The position numbers and the translations under genes were made by a program. This document shows positions 40,200 through 51,894 of a DNA stretch of 64,000 nucleotides, one piece after another (positions within the stretch are counted from its first letter, which is position 1; every line of letters begins with the position of its first letter). Under the pieces are notes generated by a model, which saw only the letters and a program-made list of their open reading frames with translations, was not told the DNA's origin and did not search any database. Source of the stretch: Albugo candida (Eukaryota); the NCBI GenBank assembly GCA_040437565.1, contig JBDOQK010000042.1:62001-126000 (forward strand). The letters run 5' to 3'.

Positions 40200-41395
40200 T
40201 GTGGAAAAGACTCTATCTGAGCGAAGATAGAAACCTTCGCCGAGAAGACGGTGAACTTCAAATTTCTCTCTTTGCTACAGCGTATCTACTCTACGATCGA
40301 TCTCATCACTTGGATCCAATCAAACACAAGTCGAAGATCGTTTTATGTGGGAGTACACGCTCTCAACTGTCACGTATCGTCTGGAAACCTCCCGAACCAA
40401 CAAAGAGTCATCTCATGTTGACACATTGGTCGTCACGGGAGAGATTGGACGCACTAGATGCAGAACGAGTTGGAACATTTCTGGCTACATCCCGGCACCT
40501 TCGGAAATATTTCTTACCGATTTTCGAAGGTCGACATTTTCGTCTGGCCTTTCGGTTGTTGCCATTTCGATCTCGCTCTAGGTTTTAAGGATATCCAGCC
40601 CGACATTGCACTGTGCACGCAGCCTCCGTGTGGCGCAGTGGATTCCGATCAACACCTCTCTCTTGAGTGAGATCGCACGGCACACTTATGGCTGGACCTA
40701 CGCCCTTAATGGGATCTTTTTTTCTCTGCCCGATCACGTTGGACGCATATTGCATGTGCAATTGTGCCAGTACTACGGTCGAATTGGAAAAAATACAAAT
40801 CGATTATATGCGATATATGGCTTGGATTGCAAGCGGTAGCGCTGCACTTCGTCTGAACTTAGCAGAATTGTCGTTTATTCGACCAGCGATCAACAAATCT
40901 GACAGTTCCAGCACATTCTGTGATCTACACCACGTTAAGCGCGCACGTTCGGTACTGTCGAAGACAGTGTTACGATCAATACGAGCGCATTCGGCTTGCA
41001 AAGGTGTTGGATCAACTTGCAACGCAAGGATCATTCGGTGGTTTTATCAGTAGTCGAAGATCATCGCTTCGGGTACGGCACAGACAAGTGGAAATGCATG
41101 TGCAACTCGGATCTTAGTCCTAGATGGATGGCTTTGTGCAGCTTAGTGTGGTGCACACCAAGTTACTAAATACGGTACTTTGGAACAGATACAACTTTCT
41201 ATCATTTTCACGCACGACACAGTCCTGTATTGTAGCGGCTGAGGCCACCACAATACAGGACGCTCAACGAGAAGACATATTATCAGCTCTCACAAGTATT
41301 TACCCGAAACGTTTTTCATATTAATGTTTTATAGCCTAGGCAACCGAGAAGTTAGTTAGTATAATTCTAGTAATATAGACACCCTCAACTGAGCT
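40200..41395 (+). mobile_element. 5'-truncated copy of the same LINE family (ORF2 C-terminus and 3' UTR)
   Basis: IVWKPPEPTKSHLMLTHWSSRERLDALDAERVGTFLATSRHLRK and SAHVRYCRRQCYDQYERIRLAKVLDQL closely match the 4.3-5.2 kb minus-strand ORFs. The 3' UTR shares TACGGTACTTT and ACACC.TCAACTGAG. Confidence 0.85.
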
Positions 41396-42908
41396 AAGAT
41401 AGAAGCCGGTCGCACCGCAGCGTATAAAATACCCTTAATCCTTTTGCTGGTTCCGCTTTCGGTCAATTACCCTTCAAAAGAACGAATCTGCTTGCGCATT
41501 ATTACATCTTGCGCTAAATTCATNNNNNNNNNNNNNNNNNNNNNNNNNNNNNNNNNNNNNNNNNNNNNNNNNNNNNNNNNNNNNNNNNNNNNNNNNNNNN
41601 NNNNNNNNNNNNNNNNNNNNNNNGTATTTACACAAAACGTTTTTCATATGAATGTTTAATAGCCTAGCCAACCGAGAAGTTAGTTAGTATAATTCTAGTA
41701 ATATAGACACCCTCAACTGAGCTAAGATAGAAGCCGGTCGCACCGCAGCGTATAGCATACCCTTAATCCTTTTGCTGGTTCCGCGTTCGGTCAATTACCC
41801 TTCAAAAGAACGAATCTGCTTGCGCATTATTACATCTTGCGCTAAATTCATATCGTGGAGGTTTCTGGGGCCGTGTTATCATGTTACACCTACTTGATGC
41901 CTCTTTTCCTTTCCCAAAGCTTGTAAAACTCAAGCTTCTGTTCCAAAAAAGACAGGAAACCAATTCTTTCGCGTTAAATCGCACACAGCAATGATAAAAG
42001 CGTTCGGATCAAAAGGGGTCAATCGGGATTGTCTTTGACGCGTTACTTTCTATCTTTCTGAGAGTGCTGATTGGCAGATGCTGCGGTGCACATATTTCGA
42101 TAACGTGTCAACTGAGATGTTGAAAGGCATTCCAGTCTATTATTTTGGCTTTCAGAAATGTGATTCGCAGACGTCTTCCGGAGCTCCAACTTTGAGTCCA
42201 TTTGTATCAGACAAGCGAATCCTATGTCAAAGCACAATAACGTATGGACGCAAGGTGNNNNNNNNNNNNNNNNNNNNNNNNNNNNNNNNNNNNNNNNNNN
42301 NNNNNNNNNNNNNNNNNNNNNNNNNNNNNNNNNNNNNNNNNNNNNNNNNNNNNNNNNATTTCGATAACGTGTCAACTGAGATGTTGAAAGGCATTCCAGT
42401 CTATTATTTTGGCTTTCAGAAATGTGATTCGCAGACGTCTTCCGGAGCTCCAACTTTGAGTCCATTTGTATCAGACAAGCGAATCCTATGTCAAAGCACA
42501 ATAACGTATGGACGCAAGGTGGTTGCATATCACCTATACATCCAGAGTGGTCCTGAGTTGACAACAAAATTTCTTTTTAGTGAGACAAGAGTGTCGTCAC
42601 AAGGACCAAGAAATAAGGATGCAATGTAGTTTGTACAGTTATGATACGGGAGCCCGCAACAATAAGCAGAACGGATGCTGTATACATTTTGCCGAAATAC
42701 AGTTCTTTTTTTCAAAAGATTTTGTTTCAATATTCAGCATTTGTGATATCTGTTGGATTCACTTCTGGTAGATGAAATTAAGGAAGCTAAAAGACAAGAT
42801 GTGAATTCTCTCTAATGTAAGCCATTTTAGATGGAACATTCCAGATTATGATGGGTTTAGATGCTATAAAAGAACGGCTAAGTGATATAATCCAACAGAC
42901 TTATGTAC

Positions 42909-45150
42909 GTCTGCTTTAGCTCATCTCGTTGCTTTCTCTACAAGGTAGGTACATGAAAAAGTAAGGCTACGAGCTGCCAAAACCAAGCATTTTAATTCTT
43001 ACCGAGTGCAATAAGCTTCGGGTCCGGAGCTTTTGGCGATGGGTGCACAGGCTCAAAGCCTAGGAAGCCAGATACTTGCTGCGCTTTCTATGTGCACTAC
43101 TTTTTTGAGTTGGTGACAATCGGATTTCTGAACCATTCGACTACTAACATACGACATCAAAACTAACATACGACATCAAGGATGTGTTCTTAGTCGTTTG
43201 TCGAAGTCAGCTGCGTTCTGTGTTGATTATGCGACAATTGTTGTCATGTCGTTCACTGTATAAAGTAAACATAGTCCCGCACCTTTTTTATTGGAAACAC
43301 GAAGACGACTGTGACTGAGAGGTTAGGTACAAACGCATGAAGGTCTGCTTTAGCTGATCACGTTACTTTCTCTACAAGGTAGGTACATGAAAAAGTAAGG
43401 CTACGGGTTGCCAAAAACAAGCATTTTAATTCTTACCGAGTGCAATAAGCTTCGGGTCCGGAGCTTTTGGCGATGGGTGCACAGGCTCAAAGCCTAGGAA
43501 GCCAGATACTTGCTGCGCTTTCTATGTGCACTACTTTTTTGAGTTGGTGACAATCGGATTTCTGAACCATTCGACTACTAACATACGACATCAAAACTAA
43601 CATACGACATCAAGGATGTGTTCTTAGTCGTTTGTCGAAGTCAGCTGCGTTCTGTGTTGATTATGCGACAATTGTTGTCATGTCGTTCACTGTATAAAGT
43701 AAACATAGTCCCGCACCTTTTTTATTGGAAACACGAAGACGACTGTGACTGAGAGGTTAGGTACAAACGCATGAAGGTCTGCTTTAGCTGATCACGTTAC
43801 TTTCTCTACAAGGTAGGTACATGAAAAAGTAAGGCTACGGGTTGCCAAAAACAAGCATTTTAATTCTTACCGAGTGCAATAAGCTTCGGGTCCGGAGCTT
43901 TTGGCGATGGGTGCACANNNNNNNNNNNNNNNNNNNNNNNNNNNNNNNNNNNNNNNNNNNNNNNNNNNNNNNNNNNNNNNNNNNNNNNNNNNNNNNNNNN
44001 NNNNNNNNNNNNNNNNNAGCATTTTAATTCTTACCGAGTGCAATAAGCTTCGGGTCCGGAGCTTTTGGCGATGGGTGCACAGGCTCAAAGCCTAGGAAGC
44101 CAGATACTTGCTGCGCTTTCTATGTGCACTACTTTTTTGAGTTGGTGACAATCGGATTTCTGAACCATTCGACTACTAACATACGACATCAAAACTAACA
44201 TACGACATCAAGGATGTGTTCTTAGTCGTTTGTCGAAGTCAGCTGCGTTCTGTGTTGATTATGCGACAATTGTTGTCATGTCGTTCACTGTATAAAGTAA
44301 ACATAGTCCCGCACCTTTTTTATTGGAAACACGAAGACGACTGTGACTGAGAGGTTAGGTACAAACGCATGAAGGTCTGCTTTAGCTGATCACGTTACTT
44401 TCTCTACAAGGTAGGTACATGAAAAAGTAAGGCTACGGGTTGCCAAAAACAAGCATTTTAATTCTTACCGAGTGCAATAAGCTTCGGGTCCGGAGCTTTT
44501 GGCGATGGGTGCACAGGCTCAAAGCCTAGGAAGCCAGATACTTGCTGCGCTTTCTATGTGCACTACTTTTTTGAGTTGGTGACAATCGGATTTCTGAACC
44601 ATTCGACTACTAACATACGACATCAAAACTAACATACGACATCAAGGATGTGTTCTTAGTCGTTTGTCGAAGTCAGCTGCGTTCTGTGTTGATTATGCGA
44701 CAATTGTTGTCATGTCGTTCACTGTATAAAGTAAACATAGTCCCGCACCTTTTTTATTGGAAACACGAAGACGACTGTGACTGAGAGGTTAGGTACAAAC
44801 GCATGAAGGTCTGCTTTAGCTGATCACGTTACTTTCTCTACAAGGTAGGTACATGAAAAAGTAAGGCTACGGGTTGCCAAAAACAAGCATTTTAATTCTT
44901 ACCGAGTGCAATAAGCTTCGGGTCCGGAGCTTTTGGCGATGGGTGCACAGGTTCAAAGCCTAGGAAGCCAGATATTTGTTGCCTTTTCTATGTGCACTAC
45001 TTTTTTGAGTTGGTGGAACTCGAATGCGCGACAATCGAATTTCGAAACCCATTCGACTAGTAATATACGACATCAAGGATGTGTCCTTAATCGTTTGTTG
45101 AAGTCAGCTGCGTTCTGCGTTGATTATGTGACAATTGTTGTCACGTCGTT
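42909..45150 (+). repeat. Tandem array of a 434-bp unit (about five copies visible; true number unknown because of the gap)
   Basis: The unit start GTCTGCTTTAGC recurs at 42909, 43343, 43777, 44375 and 44809 (period 434). Internal copies are near-identical. The last copy is diverged and partial. Confidence 0.95.
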
Positions 45151-45271
45151 AGTTCTGCCAAGTAATCGTTACGAAAACGTAATCTTTGATTGCACAGAGG
45201 ATGGCGACGATGACGACTTTGCGACTGGGACATTTCACTTAGGGTTTGTGCGAGTCATACGACATATTGAT

Positions 45272-45287
45272 TCATTTCGAGATTTTC
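45272..45287 (+). promoter_or_regulatory. Oomycete INR+FPR-like core promoter of the 45317 gene
   Basis: TCATTTCGAGATTTTC ends ~30 nt before ATG 45317. The equivalent TCATTGTAAGATTT lies upstream of the paralog at 59068 (minus strand, ~59099-59112). Confidence 0.6.
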
Positions 45288-45316
45288 TTTGTACAACACA
45301 GCCCATTTTGCATAAC

Positions 45317-46147
45317 ATGAGACCATTTCGAGCCCGTTTTAATCTTGGACTACTTTGGTTATCAATTGTCGTGAAGAATGTTGAATGTTGCTGCCCTTAT
45401 ACGGAAGGTGTGGAATACAACTCACGCACTTCAATGTGTATAAGTTTGAAAGACAACGAGAAAGTAGCAAAGAAATGGCCGAGTTTTCTAACGGATATCG
45501 ACAAAAGACGATTTGTGATTTCCGAGTGTAATGCGCTTTGCATCTTATCGAACGGCTTTGAAAAAATAAAATTACGTGAGAAGGTGATGGACAGCTGTGA
45601 ATTGACACTGGCAGACGCTTTGACCTCTCAGGACACTCAAGACACTCCAACCGATCAAGATCCTCTGCTTCCGAAATCTGGGGACATGGTCGAAGTCGGC
45701 CAAACTTCAGTTCTCGGTGATGAAAAGGTGTTTGTAAAGTTGGAGGTATGTTTATACAACGGAGATGACAGCACTAAAACATCATTTTTTATCGACGTAT
45801 CTTTTAATTTCACAATGGATCATATGGAAGTACCAAAGAAGGTGTTCGAAGATTTCAAAAATTCAAAAAGGAAGCATCTAACTCTTCTTATCTTGTTGAA
45901 TCTCAACATCAAAATCCAAGTCAAGCAAAGTATGGTGAAGTTGAGCGAAACCGATAATTATGTTTTCGGAAAGGTAGTACTCAAGCATGTGCGATATATG
46001 GTGGAGGATGACAATATCAGGCAATCTATTTCTATCGGTCGGATTGCACAAGCTCGACCCACTTATTCGCGGACGGACTCTTTCATGTCAAAGTCATCTA
46101 TTCAAGGAGTCAACAAATTTTTGAAACGAACGTTTAGTATGAATTGA
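45317..46147 (+). CDS. Predicted secreted protein, 276 aa, paralog of 57365-59068
   Basis: Signal-peptide-like MRPFRARFNLGLLWLSIVVKNVEC. Shares C.C.Y..G.E, CN.LCI...G.E.I...EK...SC, QDTQDTPT, H...PKK....F..SK.K.LTL and D.Y.FGK.VLK.VR with the paralog. The start is supported by the INR and by a 5'UTR shared with the 34363 copy. Confidence 0.85.
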   Translation: MRPFRARFNLGLLWLSIVVKNVECCCPYTEGVEYNSRTSMCISLKDNEKVAKKWPSFLTDIDKRRFVISECNALCILSNGFEKIKLREKVMDSCELTLADALTSQDTQDTPTDQDPLLPKSGDMVEVGQTSVLGDEKVFVKLEVCLYNGDDSTKTSFFIDVSFNFTMDHMEVPKKVFEDFKNSKRKHLTLLILLNLNIKIQVKQSMVKLSETDNYVFGKVVLKHVRYMVEDDNIRQSISIGRIAQARPTYSRTDSFMSKSSIQGVNKFLKRTFSMN

Positions 46148-47595
46148 GAATGCAGGTGGAGAATTCCTCTTAATTGTCGAACGCAGATTTTGCTAGAATG
46201 CGTCGAAGGGCGCTGTGATTCTTATGGAGGAGGATTTAGTTGATTGCGCTATACATCGAATAGATGCTCACTTTTCATCTCGTTCTTATTCTTCGGTCGC
46301 GTCACCTTGGTATGGCGCGATGCAACTTTTGGGGTACTTGAAACTGAGTTCTCCTTGACAATCTAGTCATGCTTTCTTGTTCTCCTTGACAATGTACCAC
46401 GAGAGTGTGTGCTTCGGAGTTTCTATTCAACACGCTGCTTGATAGTGTATTCTGGTAAGCTCCTACTTGGCCTTGCATCGTGAGATTATGATTTTGCATT
46501 GTCTCGTTTGCATTAGAGACAGCCCAAGGTTTTCTTTTGTCCAGCATCATGTTTCATTTACCACGTTGGGATGTGTTTGTACTTGATGTGTGAGCCTCTC
46601 ACATATCGTTCGATACCTTTTCGTCGTTTGTATCTTTGGGAGAACATTTGAGATCGTGCTCGTGTAGAAGAATATTCGGGTCACGCGTACAAGACCTTGT
46701 CCATTTCATCCGCCTGGCTCCGAAGCTGGAAGAAGCATTGTATTGTGTTAGGTTCTGAAGGAGTACCTGCGGTTTTGTGGGACGCAATTGGATAGTAAGG
46801 TACATATATTGCGTGGGCACGAAGATGCAATGATTTCAGTTAGTACGAGTGATGGTTGCATTGCCTCCGAAGCTGTGGAGGAAGCATTCAAATCTGGATG
46901 ACGTTCATAAGTATGATTGGTTATTACTCATCCATTTAGCGTTGATGATTGGTGTAAATAACAGACGTGAATGTTGATGATACAACTGATATGTGTCCGG
47001 TTATGATGTGGACACGCTATTTAGAGGCTAATGAGCAGACGAAAAGCAACATACATTGTCCGATTATGGTGTCGGCACCCTATTTGTGCTCTGGCGTAGA
47101 GACATATTTTGCACATATCTGTGCGGTATGCAGCTTGCGCGATCGCATTTTTAGAGTCCGCTTCTCTAACAGCTTTGCGCATAAGTTTCTGTCAGAATAA
47201 GAGTAAAGAGCCCGACTTTTATTATAGTCACATATATGTGATTTCCTTACAGCTTCCTGAATCAGAATCAGAATCATATTCAGAATACAAGAGCGATTGT
47301 CTGCTCGTATAGCTTTCATTTGAGTGTGCACGAACATACGCACATTGAGCATCTCGGGAGATATCGCGTTTTCAATCGACTCACTGTCGTCGCCATCAAA
47401 TTGCTACACATGCGTGAGGGCATCAACGCGTATCACACTTTCACTCTGTCGAGGATTTACGCAACAGCGGACATATTGCGCTCCAAAAGCCATCAGACTA
47501 AGAATGTGATTCCTTTGCAATACATCTCAAGTTTCGACGTAAGGATGCATGCGATTTCCATTCATTGTAGCGGACAATCTCTGACACCTCTCGGT

Positions 47596-48186
47596 ATGTC
47601 ACATTGGCCTATTGATGCGCAGCTCTATAGGATAGTACGAATTCCAAGCGATTCAACTGTATGATCGAATGTGTGCCAACAGCGCAGAAGGATACACACT
47701 CTCTATCGCTGACCAAAGCACCAAGAATCCTCTTTTTGTCCAAGCTACACAAAGATAAACACGACGCTGGAGTAGATATAAACCTCTGTACGCAGAGCAC
47801 TCAACGCTCATACATTCGGACCACCTTATGGCCGTGCTCTCCTATTCCCACGCAATGTCTCCACCGTACGAGCTGAAAGGCCTCATGTGCGTTCCTTATC
47901 TCAAACGATTATATTACTAATAAAACTCTTTCTCCAAAAACATACGAACAGAGCCAAAGGCTGTTGATCGCAGTCATTACCAAATAATACAAAATGCAAT
48001 ATCAGCGATTCTGACGCATACACTCATATGGAAATCTCCAGAAAATCCACTCTGCTTCGCTTCGATCCCCTTCCGCATCCGTTGTCATTATCTGCTTACC
48101 TACTTCTGATCGCTTCTTTCTTCTGCACGACACGTATGTACTTTTATGAGCATCACTTCCTTCCTTTCGGCTTGACCGACAAGACC
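47596..48186 (-). repeat. Diverged second copy of the RWP-RK 3' half and downstream region (other haplotype or tandem paralog)
   Basis: Aligns to ~48305-48885 with many substitutions and several indels. It ends at the gap just after the WPYR-equivalent position. Confidence 0.85.
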
Positions 48187-48699
48187 NNNNNNNNNNNNNN
48201 NNNNNNNNNNNNNNNNNNNNNNNNNNNNNNNNNNNNNNNNNNNNNNNNNNNNNNNNNNNNNNNNNNNNNNNNNNNNNNNNNNNNNNGTGACATACCGTGA
48301 GGTCTGTCACATAGGCCTATTGATGCGCATCTCAATAGGATGGTACGAATTCCAAGCTATCCAACGTGTGCCAACAGCGCAGAAAGGATACACCAGTCTC
48401 TATCGCTGACCAAAGCACCAAGAATCCTCTCTTCATAAAGACAAACACGACGCTGGAGTAGTTCTCTCTGCTCGAGAGAGAAACCTCTGTACGCAGAGCA
48501 CTCAACGCTCATACATTCTGACCACCTTGTCGCCGTGCTCTCCTATTCAACACGCAATGTCTCCACCGTACGCGCTAAAAGACCTCATGAGCGTTTCTTA
48601 TCTCAAACGATTATATTACTAATACAACTCTCCAAAATCATACGAACAGAGCCAAAGGCTGTTGATCGCAGTCATTACCAAATAACACATAATGCAATA

Positions 48700-49086
48700 T
48701 CAGCGATTCTGACGCATACACTCATATGGAAATCTCCAGAAAATCCACTCTGCTTCGCTTCGATCCCCTTCCGCATCCGTTGTCATGATCTGCTTACCCG
48801 CTTCTGATCGCTTCTTTTTTCTGCACGACACGTATGTACTTTTATGAGCATCACTTCCTTCCTTTCGGCTTGACCGACAAGACCGATACGGCCAACGTAT
48901 TCCATGACGCTTACAAACGCGTTTTAATGTGATAACGGAGCAACCCAGCATCTGTGCGGCCGATCTCTGAGGGAAATGAAAATACTGACACAAAATGCCC
49001 ACTGGGAAATCAAACACAACTCGAGATGGCCGTGATGTTCTCTCTGATTCAACTCGATGCAAATTGTGCGCAATCATTAGATCCAT
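48700..49086 (-). CDS. RWP-RK domain transcription factor
   Basis: ILCQYFHFPQRSAAQMLGCSVITLKRVCKRHGIRWPYR is a canonical RWP-RK signature. The first in-frame ATG is at 49086. The 3' end is uncertain. Confidence 0.85.
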   Translation of the reverse strand: MDLMIAHNLHRVESERTSRPSRVVFDFPVGILCQYFHFPQRSAAQMLGCSVITLKRVCKRHGIRWPYRSCRSSRKEGSDAHKSTYVSCRKKKRSEAGKQIMTTDAEGDRSEAEWIFWRFPYECMRQNR

Positions 49087-49752
49087 CGAAATGAGTGTGC
49101 TTCGATCGCAAGTATACAATGAGAAATAAAACCTTCTCTCGCTCCCATTCGATCACATTTGTCGAATATTTCCAAATTCCAGCGTCATGCAGAAACTAGC
49201 CTTACTCATCTCTCATTGAGATCCACAACTATCAATCGACAGCATTCAGGTACCGCGTACCTGCAGAGGACTCCTCCACCTTTACTTGCGTGCGCGCCCT
49301 ACAATGTCCTTTTTTTCTCTGTATCAGACTTTGTACCCGATCGACATCACATCACAATGGACTTTATGCTTTGGCACCCAATCAAACGCTTCGAGGAAGA
49401 GAAAAAGACTCGAATCCGTGTCCTTCCATTCGGTCCGTAAAAGTGTGCAAAAGGTGATCGGGAAACGAGACGTTCTGGTTAAATCGCAGACAACAGGCTA
49501 CCGGGTATCAGTAGTAATAGAAATAGCGCTGAGCACGAAAAAAGTGATACGATACCTCTACCGTAAAAGTATATGGCACTCCCGCGCTGCAAAAGTCGAG
49601 ACATAGCAGGAGATAGCGTGTGACTGCACTAAGAACGAGCTGTGTAGTGGCAATATAATTTCGATAGTATTAGCAAATTCCAAAGCATTTGCGTCCCTTT
49701 TCTTTTCTTTCCCGTTGATTGGGAGCTAACTGTACATGTTGCTACATTGACT

Positions 49753-51674
49753 TCACAGCGGTGTTGTCCGCTGACTCGGATGATGACTCAAGCTTGTAGA
49801 ATTTGTATTTATTTGAGAAGCGCCAGTGATGTGTCCGGGCAAACCGTTTTGCATGTACGATTCCTCCGTGAACGTGAATCCTTTAAACAAGTCTTTATCC
49901 TTTATATTGGGCCCATTATTGACTCGACATTTCCCGTGATTCACGCCAATTCCAGGTGCATTATCCGGGCTCACAATTGGCATATCGGTGAATTCACGAT
50001 CGAATTGTGAGGTATCCAGTGCCCCGGAAATGATGGGGCGCCATGGAGGATCGATTTTGCCTGCCATAAGTGCATCCCACTTGATATCATTAAAGAAGGG
50101 ATGATTCTTTATCTCACAAGCGTCTTCTGGTCCCGTGCCTAATCGTTTGGTTGGGTCTCTTTCCAGCAAACGATTCAGTAGATCCTTTGCACTCGAGCTG
50201 AGATACTTTGGATAGCTCAAATCTCCCTTTCGGATTTTCTCAAACAATTTGTCTCGATCCCGGCAATAAAAAGGAGGCAGACCTGTGAGCATTTCGTACA
50301 ATAACGCACCAAGCGACCACCAGTCAACTGCACGTCCATGACCCGACCGATTAAGGATTTCTGGAGCGAGATACTCGGGAGTTCCACAAAATGAATTGGC
50401 ACCGGAAAAATCGTCTTGAATTCCTTCTTTCGATAAGCCAAAATCCGTCAGTCGGATGTGGCCATTCGCGTCCAAAAGAACATTTTCAGGCTTCAGATCG
50501 CGGTATATAATTCCCAAATTATGAACATATTCGATCGCCAGTGTGATTTCCGCAGCATAAAAGCGCGCACGAGCTTGAGGAAATCGCTGTACTTTGCCTA
50601 AATGGAAGAAAAGCTCTCCTCCAGCGCAATAATCAAGCACAAAATAAAGCTTCTCCGCGGTCTGAAATGCATAGTTCATGCCGACAATGAAGGGATGGCG
50701 GACGTAACCGAGCACGTGACGCTCTGTGCGAGTGTGCTCGACCTGATTGCGCTTAATAATGTTTTCTTTTCGTAAGACTTTCATCGCGTATAAAAATCCG
50801 CTGTCGAGTTTGCGTACCAGTAACACCTTTCCAAAACTTCCTTTTCCAATCACTTTAAGCATTTTGAAATCATCCAAAGTCACTTTTTCTTTCTGCGTCT
50901 CATGTTTGAACGGAGAGCTGGGTCCAAACATTTCTGACCCGAGGGCAATTGCCCCATTCGATTCCACCTGACAACGTCGTAAGCGTTCTGTCCGCAATAA
51001 AACTCATCGATTTGCTCACCTCTTCCATTGCAGCGAGAATACAGCTCACTTCTTCATCGGCAGTGTTGGAGTCGAACATATCGTCCATCTAAAAAGAGCA
51101 CAAAGTGTGTGTAAAGAACCTCTACACGACAACGTACGTCCATTTCGCCGATACTGTTTGAAGGATTCCGCAGTGTGCTCACTGAGTCTGAGGGACTCTC
51201 TTCATCCAAACACTTTGTCATTACGAAATGGAGGGGTGCCACATTGGCTTCCAAATTGATGAAATTCACAACAATTTGAGACTGACGTATCGCTGAATTT
51301 TCCAGCAAATAATTTATCCATGCGGCTACTTCAGACCCGTGTTTCTCGGTGGAACGCGAGCATCTCGGGTCAAAATTTCTAGACGGACACGGTGGAATGC
51401 ATCGTCCACCAAATATCATCACCAACTACTGAGAGGACGTGGTGACACATTGATCGCATCATGGGATTCGATGCTAGAAACCTGATTGTAAAGCCGCTGG
51501 AGGCTCTCAGAGGATCGATAAATGATCCACGACGCATTTCCCGGCTGTTGGACATTGACGACAAATATCTATAGAAAACGCTTAGCGATCGAATGCAACT
51601 CTCGCGATACGCACAATAGCATCCGGATACAAAAGCTGCCCCTGGACCCCATAGCCCGTGATCACCACATGCAT
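49753..51674 (-). CDS. PX-domain AGC Ser/Thr kinase (SGK3/CISK-like architecture), ~572 aa, 5 exons
   Basis: Exons 51674-51615, 51568-51482, 51425-51138, 51088-51020 and 50967-49753, with phase-0 GT-AG introns of 46, 56, 49 and 52 nt. Kinase motifs GKGSFGKV, YAMK, YRDLKPEN, DFG, SFCGTPEYLAPE and hydrophobic motif FKGFTF. N-terminal WIIYRS...LYNQL...IPPCP is PX-like. Confidence 0.93.
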
Positions 51675-51894
51675 TATGCTCGTGAATTCAATCTGTTTAA
51701 TGGCTATACTTTGCTGTAAGATAGACACAGCATCACGCAATTGGCTGTAGAGACGAGTCAATTGATACCTTGGAAGAGTATGTGAGACAAGAAACAGAAA
51801 GTTGCGCGAAATCGATAATTTAATTGGCTATCGTTTCTGCGACTTTGTGAGACTTTAAACTGGCTTTAGATGTGGGAATTTACAAATATGACCA

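Noticed and set aside
42909-45150. CRISPR array, 5S rDNA or hammerhead retrozyme interpretation of the tandem array
   Set aside because: There are no unique spacers or cas genes and the context is eukaryotic. No 5S signature or CUGANGA/GAAA core was found by eye.
44933-45316. 128-aa N-terminal extension of ORF 44933-46147
   Set aside because: It starts at TTG inside the last tandem-repeat unit. The INR motif, signal peptide and paralog 5'UTR homology all place the start at ATG 45317.
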